Assembly: GCA_007693915.1 (NCBI GenBank)
Contig: RECS01000123.1
Span: 19,923-83,922, forward strand
Source of the DNA: Saprospirales bacterium
GTDB taxonomy: Bacteria; Bacteroidota; Bacteroidia; Chitinophagales; Saprospiraceae
Length of the DNA stretch: 64,000 nt
Reading direction: 5' to 3'
Position 1 is the stretch's first letter; every line of letters begins with the position of its first letter. The translations under genes were made by a program, and so were the position numbers. Below the pieces are notes generated by a model. The model was given only the letters and a program-made list of their open reading frames with translations. It ran no database searches and was not told where the DNA came from. Of this stretch, positions 1 through 9,348 are shown in pieces.

Positions 1-180
1 GGACGATCTTTGCTGAAATTTTCAAAGCAATTTCAGAAGCAAATTGAGGGCTTAAAGGAAAAGAATTATGTATTAAAAACAGTCAGCGTGAATTTCATTG
101 TCATCTGGTTTAATGAAGAGTTAGATAAAGAAGTAAAAATCATTTTGCCGGAGGTGTACTTTGAGAGGGTGGATGAGTAA
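1..180 (+). CDS. 3' end of an unidentified protein-coding gene (partial; continues upstream of the window)
   Basis: Frame 1 is open from nt 1 to TAA at 178-180, followed by a second TAA (59 codons, ...NFIVIWFNEELDKEVKIILPEVYFERVDE*). It is partial and too short for the ORF track. No family recognised. Confidence 0.3.
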   Translation, partial: GRSLLKFSKQFQKQIEGLKEKNYVLKTVSVNFIVIWFNEELDKEVKIILPEVYFERVDE

Positions 181-395
181 TAAAACACTGGATTATTCTG
201 TGGATATTCCGCTTATGCTGATTTCTCAAAATCTACAAGAAACTTAATTATTCCATATTCGAAAATAAAATAATTGTTTGACTTAAAAACTACTTTGGAC
301 GGATACCTAAAAAAAATAATAGTTACCTTGCAGCCATAAAAGAGATAAAGTTAAAAAATAAGCAATACCTCGTTGCATCTAATTAAAATAAACCG

Positions 396-1376
396 ATGAA
401 AGCGGTTGTACTGAAAAAATACGGATTACCCCATGTTCTCGAGATTGGGGAAGTTGAAAAGCCAATTCCGAAAGACAACGAGGTGTTGGTGAGAATCCAC
501 TCTGCATCCATCAATGATTGGGATTGGGGCTTGGTCAGGGGAAAACCATTTGTGATTCGTCTCTTTTTCGGCCTTAGGAAGCCCAGGGTAATTATTCCGG
601 GTGTGGATATTTCCGGAACTATTGAGGCGGTGGGTAGTAAGGTTGAATCCTTTAAAATCGGTGATGAGATATACTGCGATCTTTCCGAATGCGGAATGGG
701 TGGCTTTGCCGAGTACGTCTGCGTACCGGAAGAAGTATTGACCAAAAAGCCATCTATTATCAGTTTCAATGATGCCGCAGCCCTGCCACATGCAGGATTA
801 CTGGCTCTTCAAGGACTTGTGGACATGGGAAAGGTAAAATCCGGACAACATATCCTGATCAATGGTGCCGGAGGTGGTGTGGGCACCATTGGAATTCAAA
901 CCCTGAAATCATATCAGGTAAAAGTAACCGGGGTTGACAGTGCTAAAAAACTCGATTTTATGAAATCGCTTGGATATGATAAAGTGATGGACTATAAAAA
1001 AGTGGATTTTACTAAAACTGAAGAGAGATATGATCTTATCCTTGATACCAAATCAAACAGATCTGTATTTAAATATGCACGATCTCTCAAAAAAAATGGC
1101 AGGTATATTACAGTAGGTGGATCGATGTACAGATTAATTGAAACTGCATTTTTAGGTTCGCTAATTTCACTTTTTACCGGTAAAAAGCTGAAGGTACTTT
1201 TTCATAAGCCAAATCGAGGTTTAGACCAGCTCTCTAAACTCGTGGAAAAGGGACAAATAAACCCTGTTGTAGATGGCCCGTACAAACTTGAAAAAATCCC
1301 TGAGCTGATTCAATATTTGGGTGAGGGGAGACAAAAAGGCAAGATTGTAATAGAGATAATAAATAAGGATACCTGA
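396..1376 (+). CDS. NAD(P)H-dependent medium-chain dehydrogenase/reductase (quinone-oxidoreductase-like)
   Basis: 326-aa ORF with a GroES-like N-terminus (MKAVVLKKYG...NEVLVRIHSASIND) and Rossmann motif ILINGAGGGVGTIGIQ. Antisense ORFs 383-769 and 426-791 are shadows. Confidence 0.85.
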   Translation: MKAVVLKKYGLPHVLEIGEVEKPIPKDNEVLVRIHSASINDWDWGLVRGKPFVIRLFFGLRKPRVIIPGVDISGTIEAVGSKVESFKIGDEIYCDLSECGMGGFAEYVCVPEEVLTKKPSIISFNDAAALPHAGLLALQGLVDMGKVKSGQHILINGAGGGVGTIGIQTLKSYQVKVTGVDSAKKLDFMKSLGYDKVMDYKKVDFTKTEERYDLILDTKSNRSVFKYARSLKKNGRYITVGGSMYRLIETAFLGSLISLFTGKKLKVLFHKPNRGLDQLSKLVEKGQINPVVDGPYKLEKIPELIQYLGEGRQKGKIVIEIINKDT

Positions 1377-1461
1377 ATCTGAGTTTTTCAAATCAAACCA
1401 TTTCACCACGGATTATTCATGAAGGCCTCTATTAAAAGAATACCCCAAAATAACCACCCAA

Positions 1462-2451
1462 ATGAAAGCACAAAAAAAACCAGAAAAAACCATCAAGTGG
1501 GGCATCATCGGTCCCGGAAAAATAGCACATAAATTTGCCGGAGACCTTAGCTACGTCTCCAATACAGAACTTTACGCTGTGGCATCAAGAGACCAAAGCA
1601 GGGCTGAAGCTTTTGCCAAACAATACAAGGTTCCATTCGCCTATAGAAGTTACTGGGCTCTTGCTGAAGATCCTGAGATAGATGCAGTCTATGTTGCAAC
1701 ACCACACAGTCTGCATAAGGAAAACAGTCTGATGTGTCTCAAGCAAAAAAAAGCAGTTTTGTGCGAAAAGCCACTTGCTATAAATTCCACTGAAGTGGAG
1801 GAAATAATAGCAGTTGCCAAATCAGAAAAAATATTGTTGATGGAAGCATTATGGACTGCATTCCTTCCCGGCTTTCAATCTGCTGTACAGAAATTAAAAG
1901 ATGGAACAATCGGTAAAATCATCAGCATTGAGGCCAGCTTTGGATTCCAACCACCCTATCAAGCTGAATCTCGTTTATTCAATAAACAACTTGGCGGAGG
2001 AAGTCTATTGGATATTGGCATTTATCCATTGTTTCTAGCACTGTCTCTTTTGGGAAAACCTTCAGATATAGATGCAAAAGCCACCTTTTTTGATACAGGA
2101 GTTGACTCCTCCTGCAAAATCAACCTTCTTTATGAGAATTCGGTAAAAGCAAAACTGTTCAGCACCTTCCTCAGGGAAATACCTGTAGAAGCATTTATTC
2201 AAGGAAGTGAAGGCAGCTTGAAAATTCATCATCCCTTTCATGAAGCCCCATCTTTTTCCATAAAAAAGAAAGGCAAAACAGAACAATTTAACTTTGCCAA
2301 TGAGGGAGGGGGTTTTGTTTATGAAATAGCGCACTTCTGCGAGCTTCTGCGTCAGGAAAAAACTGAAAGTCCCGTTATGAGCTTTGAAGTCAGTAGCCAT
2401 CTCATAGGTCTTATGGATGAAGTGGGGAAAAAGATAGCATTTACCAAGTGA
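1462..2451 (+). CDS. Gfo/Idh/MocA family NAD(P)-dependent oxidoreductase
   Basis: 329-aa ORF with N-terminal Rossmann IKWGIIGPGKIAHKF and the conserved VLCEKPLA (EKP) motif. Confidence 0.85.
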   Translation: MKAQKKPEKTIKWGIIGPGKIAHKFAGDLSYVSNTELYAVASRDQSRAEAFAKQYKVPFAYRSYWALAEDPEIDAVYVATPHSLHKENSLMCLKQKKAVLCEKPLAINSTEVEEIIAVAKSEKILLMEALWTAFLPGFQSAVQKLKDGTIGKIISIEASFGFQPPYQAESRLFNKQLGGGSLLDIGIYPLFLALSLLGKPSDIDAKATFFDTGVDSSCKINLLYENSVKAKLFSTFLREIPVEAFIQGSEGSLKIHHPFHEAPSFSIKKKGKTEQFNFANEGGGFVYEIAHFCELLRQEKTESPVMSFEVSSHLIGLMDEVGKKIAFTK

Positions 2452-2478
2452 GTACACCCATCAAATAAACCAAAAGTA

Positions 2479-4146
2479 TCAGCCTTCCATCTCCTCAATC
2501 AACCCCAACAGTAAACTCTCTAGTTCTTCCCCATCGTACAGATAGTAGCCGTAGGCGCTATTAATGAGATTCTGTCTGATTTTAAGTAAGTCGAGAGCGA
2601 CTTTTTCAGGGGCAACTGCATTCAGCTTTTCTTTCAGATTATCTTCGGTCCATTCCGACATAGGCAGACCGGTGGTTTTAACCAGAAAGGATTCAAGTGC
2701 CTGAAGTACTGCTGTGTAGTGCGATTTTTGGTTAGAGAATTGAGATTTCCCTATTCTGTCCAATTCATTCTTAAAGATTTCAAACTCATTCTTTTCTGTG
2801 ACTAAAGTGTTTCTTTTTCTGTAGGCGAGAAATAAAATAAGACTCAACAACACCATAGCTGTTGGGATGCCATATACCGCCAGAGGAGAGGAAAATAATC
2901 CCCCTCCGGTACTCGCTGTGGTATCACCACCTTCTCTACCCAACACTAGTTCTCCTCCTTCGGAAGTCAAAATCTGAAGTCGCAAAGTATCACCAAAAAC
3001 CTGATAAAATGAGTCTTTTTCTGCATTGTAGGCGGTAATATGAGGATAAGCAGTCGCCCAGCCGGCTTTATCAGCTCTGAGAAGTACCCGCCACTCTCTA
3101 TTATATCTGAATCTCCCGCGAAATTCCTCCGTCTGTTCATTCTCAAATTGGACATCTGCAATAGACAGACCATCACTCAGTTGAATCTGAGGAAGACGCA
3201 TTTGAGCTGGGTCTCCATCTCCGCGCAAGACCAATCTCATAGAAGTTAGCTCTCCTTCTCTCAGCTCAACAGACGGAAACCTACCAGCTATCTGGAAATC
3301 ACCAATTAGCCCTGTAAAACTTTCAGGTGCACCTTCGGGTGCTGAGACAACTGAAATGGGCGGAACTGAACCGGATAAATAATGAATTTCACCCCCTACA
3401 CTCAACAATCCACCCCATCGGGAGGACCTATCCTGTTCCACCACCCTCAAATCAAATCCTCCAAACTCAAAATCCCCGGCGAACTGTGGAAAAAGGATAA
3501 ATCTTCTCAAAAGATGCTTATTGTAAATTCTGTTATTCAACGTATCTCTCGAAGTTCTGAAATTTCTAATATTACCTAACCTTTTTGCACTAAAACCATC
3601 AAAATCCGGCGCTGCCAATATGCTGTAATCGGTTATAGACTTGGTGGTATACAGGTACAAATCCACTGCAATTTGCTGACCGACGTAGCAAGTGTCACAA
3701 CTAATTTCTGTCTTGATTAAAATATCGCGCGATGCAGCGTGAGATTCAGCCGATTTCGGCAAAACTAAAATTTCTACCGGATTGCTGTAAAGACTTTGCC
3801 CACTTTTCTCCAATAATCCCTGATCTATGGTAAAATCACCTGCTGAAGTAGCTCTGAAGCGCCAGGACATAGTGGTGGTATGGCTCACTTGTCCGTTGAC
3901 TACGCTTGTTTGCGAAGACCTCGCAGGACCACTTATGCGCTGAAAGTCATTCATTTCAGGCATAAAGAAATCACCCCATTGATTACTGTTTACCGAAAAA
4001 CTCAGTTCAAATATTTCTCCCTCGTAAATGGTAGAGGGATTAGCCGTTGCTGTAAAATTCAGACTTTGGGCAGCAATTGAAGATTGCGTTGTCAGATTGA
4101 AAAAAAATAGAATATAGCTCAGTATTGTCAGCGACCTCAGCATCAT
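2479..4146 (-). CDS. batD: BatD-family (oxygen tolerance) membrane protein
   Basis: 555-aa ORF with a signal peptide, an N-terminal BatD-type beta-sandwich, one C-terminal TM helix (AMVLLSLILFLAY) and a helical tail. It is the last gene after the vWA and TPR genes, as in Bacteroides bat operons. Confidence 0.8.
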   Translation of the reverse strand: MMLRSLTILSYILFFFNLTTQSSIAAQSLNFTATANPSTIYEGEIFELSFSVNSNQWGDFFMPEMNDFQRISGPARSSQTSVVNGQVSHTTTMSWRFRATSAGDFTIDQGLLEKSGQSLYSNPVEILVLPKSAESHAASRDILIKTEISCDTCYVGQQIAVDLYLYTTKSITDYSILAAPDFDGFSAKRLGNIRNFRTSRDTLNNRIYNKHLLRRFILFPQFAGDFEFGGFDLRVVEQDRSSRWGGLLSVGGEIHYLSGSVPPISVVSAPEGAPESFTGLIGDFQIAGRFPSVELREGELTSMRLVLRGDGDPAQMRLPQIQLSDGLSIADVQFENEQTEEFRGRFRYNREWRVLLRADKAGWATAYPHITAYNAEKDSFYQVFGDTLRLQILTSEGGELVLGREGGDTTASTGGGLFSSPLAVYGIPTAMVLLSLILFLAYRKRNTLVTEKNEFEIFKNELDRIGKSQFSNQKSHYTAVLQALESFLVKTTGLPMSEWTEDNLKEKLNAVAPEKVALDLLKIRQNLINSAYGYYLYDGEELESLLLGLIEEMEG

Positions 4147-4622
4147 AATCTTATTGTTCTTCTTGGGTTTGCCGGCGTTTCCTTTTCAGCAGGAACTTCT
4201 TCTCTTTGCAGTTGTCTCAATTGATGTGGATTTTCTATAATTCCATCCGGATTGGGAAGGACATTTATTTCCAAAATTGGAGTTTCCATGATTTTTCCGC
4301 CAATTTCAATTGAAGCCGGCTCTATAAAAAGTATTCCCTCCTGCAATGGCTCCAAATAATAAGTATAGCTCGCACTTTGAGTGACTTTTCCATTGATCAT
4401 CGAAAAACTACTAGCCTGATTGGGACCGCCAACCACCTCGAATCCATAAAAATCAGGGGGAACAAAGCCACCACGCGCATTTTCTACCGTAAATTTCAAT
4501 TGAAAATAATTTCCGATCAGTACAGTGTCGGAGCTGACTTCAACTTTGAATACGACATCGCCTGCCTTTACAAAAGACCAACTGCAAAATACCAGAAATA
4601 AGATTGGAATAAAGCTTTTCAT
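4143..4622 (-). CDS. Secreted stand-alone BatD-N-terminal-domain paralogue
   Basis: 159-aa ORF with a signal peptide. About 110 aa align by eye with the N-terminal domain of the downstream BatD (VFKVEVSSDTVLIGNYFQLKFTVEN...NGKVTQSASYTYYLEPLQEGILFIEPASI). 4-nt overlap with the batD start. Confidence 0.6.
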   Translation of the reverse strand: MKSFIPILFLVFCSWSFVKAGDVVFKVEVSSDTVLIGNYFQLKFTVENARGGFVPPDFYGFEVVGGPNQASSFSMINGKVTQSASYTYYLEPLQEGILFIEPASIEIGGKIMETPILEINVLPNPDGIIENPHQLRQLQREEVPAEKETPANPRRTIRL

Positions 4623-4714
4623 AGTTTTTAAATTTAGTTCTCCTGTTTAAGTTTTTCAAATTTATAAACGCAAAAGGAATTCATGTATGATGTGAAAAAT
4701 CATGAAATCTAAAA

Positions 4715-5485
4715 TCACCAATCGCGCAGTTTTTGTGATGGTTGTCGCCGCTCTTCATTCATCTTTCTCTGAGTTCTTTGATCTTCTTCCTCCGCTAAAT
4801 CGAGTAACTGTTCCAGCATAGTCAAGTCCGAATCCAACTCAGGAATATCTGATTCTACCGACTCCTCAGGCCTTGACTCTATTGTCTGATCATCTTCGTC
4901 TCCCCCATCGACAATACCTTCGCTGTGAACTTCTTCACCTTCATCCTGACCATTTTCCTGCTCCGCTATTGTTTCCGATCCTTCAGGGGCCATATCCGGT
5001 GGGGGCTGATCGCCCTCTTCTCCCTCATCGCCCTGATCTTGTTGCGGTTGTGGGGGCATCATCTGCATTAATTCTTTAGCCAATAGAAAATTATTTCTGG
5101 CGTCCTCATTTCCCGGGTTGTGAATTAAGCTCTCCCGATATGCATTTAAGGCTTGCTCCAATTCTTTTTTTTCAAAAAAAGTATTCCCAAGATTATGTGC
5201 CGCATCACTTTTATTTCCCCTTTCAGAAAAAGCATCCCTTGCTTGTGAAAAAAACTGTGCTGCCTCTTCATGCCTCCCCTGATTAAATATGGCATTCCCC
5301 AGATTGAAAAGGGTTTCCGGACGGGAATCCAACTCCAAAGATTGCCTGTATAATTCCTCGGCACGATCAAATTTCTCCAGCCTGTACAATGCATCAGCCT
5401 CTCTTTTTAAATCCAATGCATCCTGCGCCGTCATACTGCTCAGCAGAAATAGAAGAAAGAAGAATATAGAAAAAATGGACTTCAT
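4715..5485 (-). CDS. TPR-repeat protein, BatC/BatE-like, with long acidic C-terminal tail
   Basis: 256-aa ORF with a signal peptide and three TPR-like units (ALYRLEKFDRAEELYRQSLELD, FNLGNAIFNQGRHEEAAQFF, HNLGNTFFEKKELEQALNAYRESL), then an Asp/Glu/Gln/Pro-rich tail of about 110 aa. It starts 2 nt after the stop of the vWA gene. Confidence 0.7.
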   Translation of the reverse strand: MKSIFSIFFFLLFLLSSMTAQDALDLKREADALYRLEKFDRAEELYRQSLELDSRPETLFNLGNAIFNQGRHEEAAQFFSQARDAFSERGNKSDAAHNLGNTFFEKKELEQALNAYRESLIHNPGNEDARNNFLLAKELMQMMPPQPQQDQGDEGEEGDQPPPDMAPEGSETIAEQENGQDEGEEVHSEGIVDGGDEDDQTIESRPEESVESDIPELDSDLTMLEQLLDLAEEEDQRTQRKMNEERRQPSQKLRDW

Positions 5486-5486
5486 C

Positions 5487-6482
5487 TTATTTAGGGGATT
5501 TTGATCGATGAACAGATAAAAAACGATATAGCAATAAAAAAATCAGACCTATTGCTGTTAACCAGGGGTAAAAATTTCTATACACCCGGAAAGACCCCTG
5601 ACTGATTCCGCTTGTAGAAAACTCCTTAATTTGATCTGAAAGTTGAATCATCGCATTTGGTGAAGGGTTTGCCAGAAAACCACCTCCCGATTCAAAGGCA
5701 ATTTCTTTAAGTGTCTCAGATTCTAATCTGGTAATAACCAAATTGCCATCGAGATCCCTTCTATTCTCTTTTCTCCCCGAAATGTATTCAGGAATGGTCG
5801 AGCCCTCTTCAGTACCAATACCTACTGTAAATACCGGAAAATTATTTTCACTTAATAGGCGCAAAGCTGTACTGTATTGGTCATCATGGGTCTCTCCGTC
5901 GCTGATAACGACCAAAACGCCTGACCCCGCCTCTGAAAGTAAGGATGCAGCTTCGGACAACATCTGTTCAAATGATGTTCCTTGTAGGGGCAAAGTCCCT
6001 GCTTCTAGTGAACGAATACCCATTTTTACTGCTGCTCTGTCAGATGTAAATGGCAAATGTTGCTCTGCTACTCCTGCGAAATTCAGTATGGAAAACCTGC
6101 TTCCGGGTAAAGCATCTATGAGTTCAATAGCTCTTTGCTTAGCCACTTCCAATCTATTGGGCATTCTGTCCTCTGCCAGCATACTGAAAGAGAGATCTAT
6201 TGCTATCAAGACACTTACCGTTTCCGTCATGATTTCCTGTCTCTCGGTGCCCACACGGGGATTAACTAATGCGAGGACAAAAAATACCAAAGCAATACCC
6301 AGGGAAGACAATGCCAGATATTTTCTCCGGAAAGAAAATCCGGGAAGTAAATTGACCAATTGTTGGGAACCAAAATAAGCCAACAAACTTTTCCATTGCC
6401 GCCGAAAAATCAACAGCCTCCATAGGATAATGGATACTACCGGAATCAATAACCACAACCAATCGAGACGCTCAAACTCCAT
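5487..6482 (-). CDS. von Willebrand factor A domain membrane protein (BatA/BatB-like)
   Basis: 331-aa ORF with N-terminal TM helices (LDWLWLLIPVVSIILW...), a vWA domain with MIDAS DxSxS (IAIDLSFSM) and a C-terminal TM helix. The 211-aa antisense ORF 5743-6378 is rejected. Confidence 0.85.
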   Translation of the reverse strand: MEFERLDWLWLLIPVVSIILWRLLIFRRQWKSLLAYFGSQQLVNLLPGFSFRRKYLALSSLGIALVFFVLALVNPRVGTERQEIMTETVSVLIAIDLSFSMLAEDRMPNRLEVAKQRAIELIDALPGSRFSILNFAGVAEQHLPFTSDRAAVKMGIRSLEAGTLPLQGTSFEQMLSEAASLLSEAGSGVLVVISDGETHDDQYSTALRLLSENNFPVFTVGIGTEEGSTIPEYISGRKENRRDLDGNLVITRLESETLKEIAFESGGGFLANPSPNAMIQLSDQIKEFSTSGISQGSFRVYRNFYPWLTAIGLIFLLLYRFLSVHRSKSPK

Positions 6483-6517
6483 AATTTCTTTTTCAATTTT
6501 CGGTTAAAATTTCCGAA

Positions 6518-7684
6518 TTATTGAGTAATTCTTGACTTAAATTCTTCATATTTTTCTATTTCACTCTCCAAACCGAGATCGATTGCCCGGTCAATAGCTC
6601 TTTCAGCTTGTCTTTCATTTCCCTGCAAATGTAAAACCTTTGCATGGCGGTAATGCAGTTCTGCATTTTCAGTCCTTCGGGCTATACGTCCTACAGCGGT
6701 AGCGACTTCTACCAGCTTGGGGTCTTCACCAAATGCCCGAAATCCAAGATCGTAAAACTCAATACATGCAGCAGGATCATCAATTCCTTCCTCATCTAAA
6801 AAACGCTCAAAATAAGTTACAAAATTTTCTTTATCTCGTATTCGTGTCGCAAAGTAAAGATTGGCCTTTATTTCAAATGAATTGGCATCTGTCAATCCCG
6901 CTCTTTTCATATTTTTTATGGCCTCATCCCTCAAAAAAGGTTCCCTGAAATTCATGGCTTTTCGCAATGTATTCCAGCCCGCATCCCTGATTTTTGTGAA
7001 ATAAAAGTCCTCATCGTATTCGCTGATTATCCTGTCTTTGTTTTGTATAAACTGATTAAAAAGGCGACTGTCAGACTCTGTCATCGCTATTACCAGAATT
7101 TTGAGATTGTAGGGATCGTCCAGATTTGAGGTTCTTGAAAAATGCTCATTAGCTAAGGAAAGAATATCTTCATTGCCCCTTTTTAGGTTTTCAAGATGAT
7201 AATATACCACTTCACTACTTCTGTCACCTTCAGCAAAGCGGTCGGAATACCCAATATTGGGATTGTAGCGGGCGAGAGCCTGTTCTGCCAATTGAACTAT
7301 ACCGTTAACATCCCTTCCTCCAGCCACACTCAGAACCACTTCACCTGATTTATCAATAAAATAATGCGTCGGAAAACCGGAAACAGGATACTTCCTTCCA
7401 AACTCCCTTCCCGGGCTTTGCTCCATATCCAGTTTTAGATTAATAAAATTGCTATTGAAAAATAAGCCCACCTTTTCGTCAGGAAAAACATGGTTAGCCA
7501 TCCTTCTACAGGGACCGCACCAAACTGCGAAGCAATTGATGTAGATAAGTTTATCCTCCTTTTCAGCCAACTCAAGAGCCTCATCCCAGCTCCCTTCAAA
7601 AAATTCAATTCCCTGAGCACTGCAGATGGCGCCAAAAGCCAAAAAAAATGAAAAAGCAGTGAAGTAGTTTTTTAAATAATTCAT
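6518..7684 (-). CDS. Secreted thioredoxin-fold protein (WCGPC active site) with C-terminal helical-repeat domain
   Basis: 388-aa ORF with a signal peptide (...FGAICSAQ) and a thioredoxin-like module with canonical WCGPC, followed by a helical/TPR-like region of about 230 aa. It is co-oriented with and 35 nt upstream of the vWA gene. Confidence 0.75.
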   Translation of the reverse strand: MNYLKNYFTAFSFFLAFGAICSAQGIEFFEGSWDEALELAEKEDKLIYINCFAVWCGPCRRMANHVFPDEKVGLFFNSNFINLKLDMEQSPGREFGRKYPVSGFPTHYFIDKSGEVVLSVAGGRDVNGIVQLAEQALARYNPNIGYSDRFAEGDRSSEVVYYHLENLKRGNEDILSLANEHFSRTSNLDDPYNLKILVIAMTESDSRLFNQFIQNKDRIISEYDEDFYFTKIRDAGWNTLRKAMNFREPFLRDEAIKNMKRAGLTDANSFEIKANLYFATRIRDKENFVTYFERFLDEEGIDDPAACIEFYDLGFRAFGEDPKLVEVATAVGRIARRTENAELHYRHAKVLHLQGNERQAERAIDRAIDLGLESEIEKYEEFKSRITQ

Positions 7685-7920
7685 AAAAAAGGCAACTATT
7701 TTTAAATTTATGAGTAGTAAATATGTGTGACTTAAAGTTAACGAGTAAATTTCAGGTTTATCATTGGATAAAAGTTAAATTCTAAACTAACTCAATAATA
7801 TTCGCATTTGACCGTATGTAGTATTGAAAGTTCATTGAAAAAATTTCCTCATTACTTCTGTTTGATCCAATTTTTTGCAGATTGTCATGACGGAATTCCC
7901 TTTAAAGAATCTAAAGAGTA

Positions 7921-8457
7921 ATGAAAAAGTTTAAAACCAGATGTAATGAAATTTTCATTTTTTCCATTCTCCTTTTTGCGATTTCATCTTGTCAATCTGA
8001 AAAGCCCCAATCAGATACTGAGTCTATAAATATAGGGCAACAAATGGAAATTTCGGAGGGAGATAAAAAATCAGATACTTCAGATTCAGCAGATACTGAC
8101 TTAAAAGCAGAAAGTCAGAAAATAAGTGATGAAGAATTGGAATCTTTATCAGCCTTAAATACAAAAATGAGATCTGAAAGAAATCAACTATCCGAGAATT
8201 TGATCAATTTTATTGCCGATGAAGGTTATACCATGGAGGAATTTAGGCGACTATCCCGAAGATCAGAAAATGAATTAACTTCAGAACAGAAGGCGACAAT
8301 TAGTAGGGTAAATGACAAGATGATGGAATTCCAACTACGAGCCGATGCATTGACGCAAAGATTAGTAACTGAAGCCGGATATACTATGGAGGAATTCAGG
8401 GAGATTGGAAGAATGATCAATAGCGATCCGAAATTAAGAGCTAAAATTGAAAGATAA
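7921..8457 (+). CDS. Hypothetical lipoprotein with two helical repeat units (DUF4168-like, tentative)
   Basis: 178-aa ORF with a lipobox (FAISSC), an acidic Ser/Asp linker, then two units ending DEGYTMEEFRR and EAGYTMEEFRE. Confidence 0.6.
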   Translation: MKKFKTRCNEIFIFSILLFAISSCQSEKPQSDTESINIGQQMEISEGDKKSDTSDSADTDLKAESQKISDEELESLSALNTKMRSERNQLSENLINFIADEGYTMEEFRRLSRRSENELTSEQKATISRVNDKMMEFQLRADALTQRLVTEAGYTMEEFREIGRMINSDPKLRAKIER

Positions 8458-8507
8458 ATAACCCTTAGGGTATAAAGAATTTTTTTTAACAAAAACCATT
8501 AATAATT

Positions 8508-8951
8508 ATGCTTTATGCAAACGCAAGCAGACTTTTTTTAGGTCTGATGATTTTTATGGCATTTTCTGCCAACTTATTTGCTCAAATTGAAACTACTGAA
8601 GTGGAAGATGCTGAGCTGAAAAAATTTGTTGAGATTCAAGAGATGATTACTGAGACTCAACAAAGTGTTCAACCAAAGATGATTGAAGTAATTCAAAACA
8701 ATGAATTTGAGTTGAATCGATTCATTGAAATTTCTCAAGCCATTGAACACAATCAGGAAATTGATGCTACTGAAGAAGAAATGGAAAGATTCGAAGAAAC
8801 CGAAAACACCATCAATGAATTGCAAATGGTTGCAAATCAAAGCATCTCTGATGGCATTCAGGAAAGAGGTCTTACTGTTGAAAGATATCAGGAAATAATG
8901 ATGGCTGTTCAACAAAGTCCTGAATTGCAAAACAGACTTCAAGATCTGTAA
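8508..8951 (+). CDS. Hypothetical secreted protein, same helical repeat type as the preceding gene (DUF4168-like, tentative)
   Basis: 147-aa ORF with a signal peptide (...FSANLFAQ) and two helical units (ELNRFIEISQAIEHN; RGLTVERYQEIMMAVQQSPELQNRL). The antisense 122-aa ORF is rejected. Confidence 0.6.
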   Translation: MLYANASRLFLGLMIFMAFSANLFAQIETTEVEDAELKKFVEIQEMITETQQSVQPKMIEVIQNNEFELNRFIEISQAIEHNQEIDATEEEMERFEETENTINELQMVANQSISDGIQERGLTVERYQEIMMAVQQSPELQNRLQDL

Positions 8952-9002
8952 TTATATTAATTGCAACCTGTAGGCCTAAAGAATTAGGTCTAAAGTGAGG
9001 AT

Positions 9003-9040
9003 AAAAAAAAGGAGCTGAGATATCTCAGCTCCTTTTTTTT
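9003..9040. terminator. Bidirectional rho-independent terminator between convergent genes
   Basis: A8 - perfect 22-nt palindrome GGAGCTGAGATATCTCAGCTCC (9011-9032) - T8. Confidence 0.7.
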
Positions 9041-9348
9041 ATTGACCTGAGTTCGATTATTATCGTAAAGCATAATTCTTTACTTCACAATTAAAAAACT
9101 ATCTACTTTGTTTGCGCATTGAAAAGGAACAAGTCGTAAAACTCTCTTGACGAAGCTCTTTTTTGAATTTGTAGCGGGCTACATCGAAAAAATGGAACGA
9201 AGTATATGGAGAATTTACAAGAACATTTTAAATTTTGTAGGACTTTCGTAAAAAAAAATATGGGGAACTACCATAATTTAAATTTTGCTCTTTTTTTTAA
9301 CCTCTGCCTTACAATTTACTTATGCGAGCTAGTATAATCAAACACAGG

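Noticed and set aside
5743-6378. 211-aa plus-strand ORF
   Set aside because: It is fully antisense to the vWA gene, which has clear MIDAS and TM features. Its composition is Ser-rich and unstructured.
8574-8942. 122-aa minus-strand ORF overlapping 8508-8951
   Set aside because: The plus-strand ORF has a proper signal peptide and shares its repeat type with the neighbouring gene. The minus ORF has neither.
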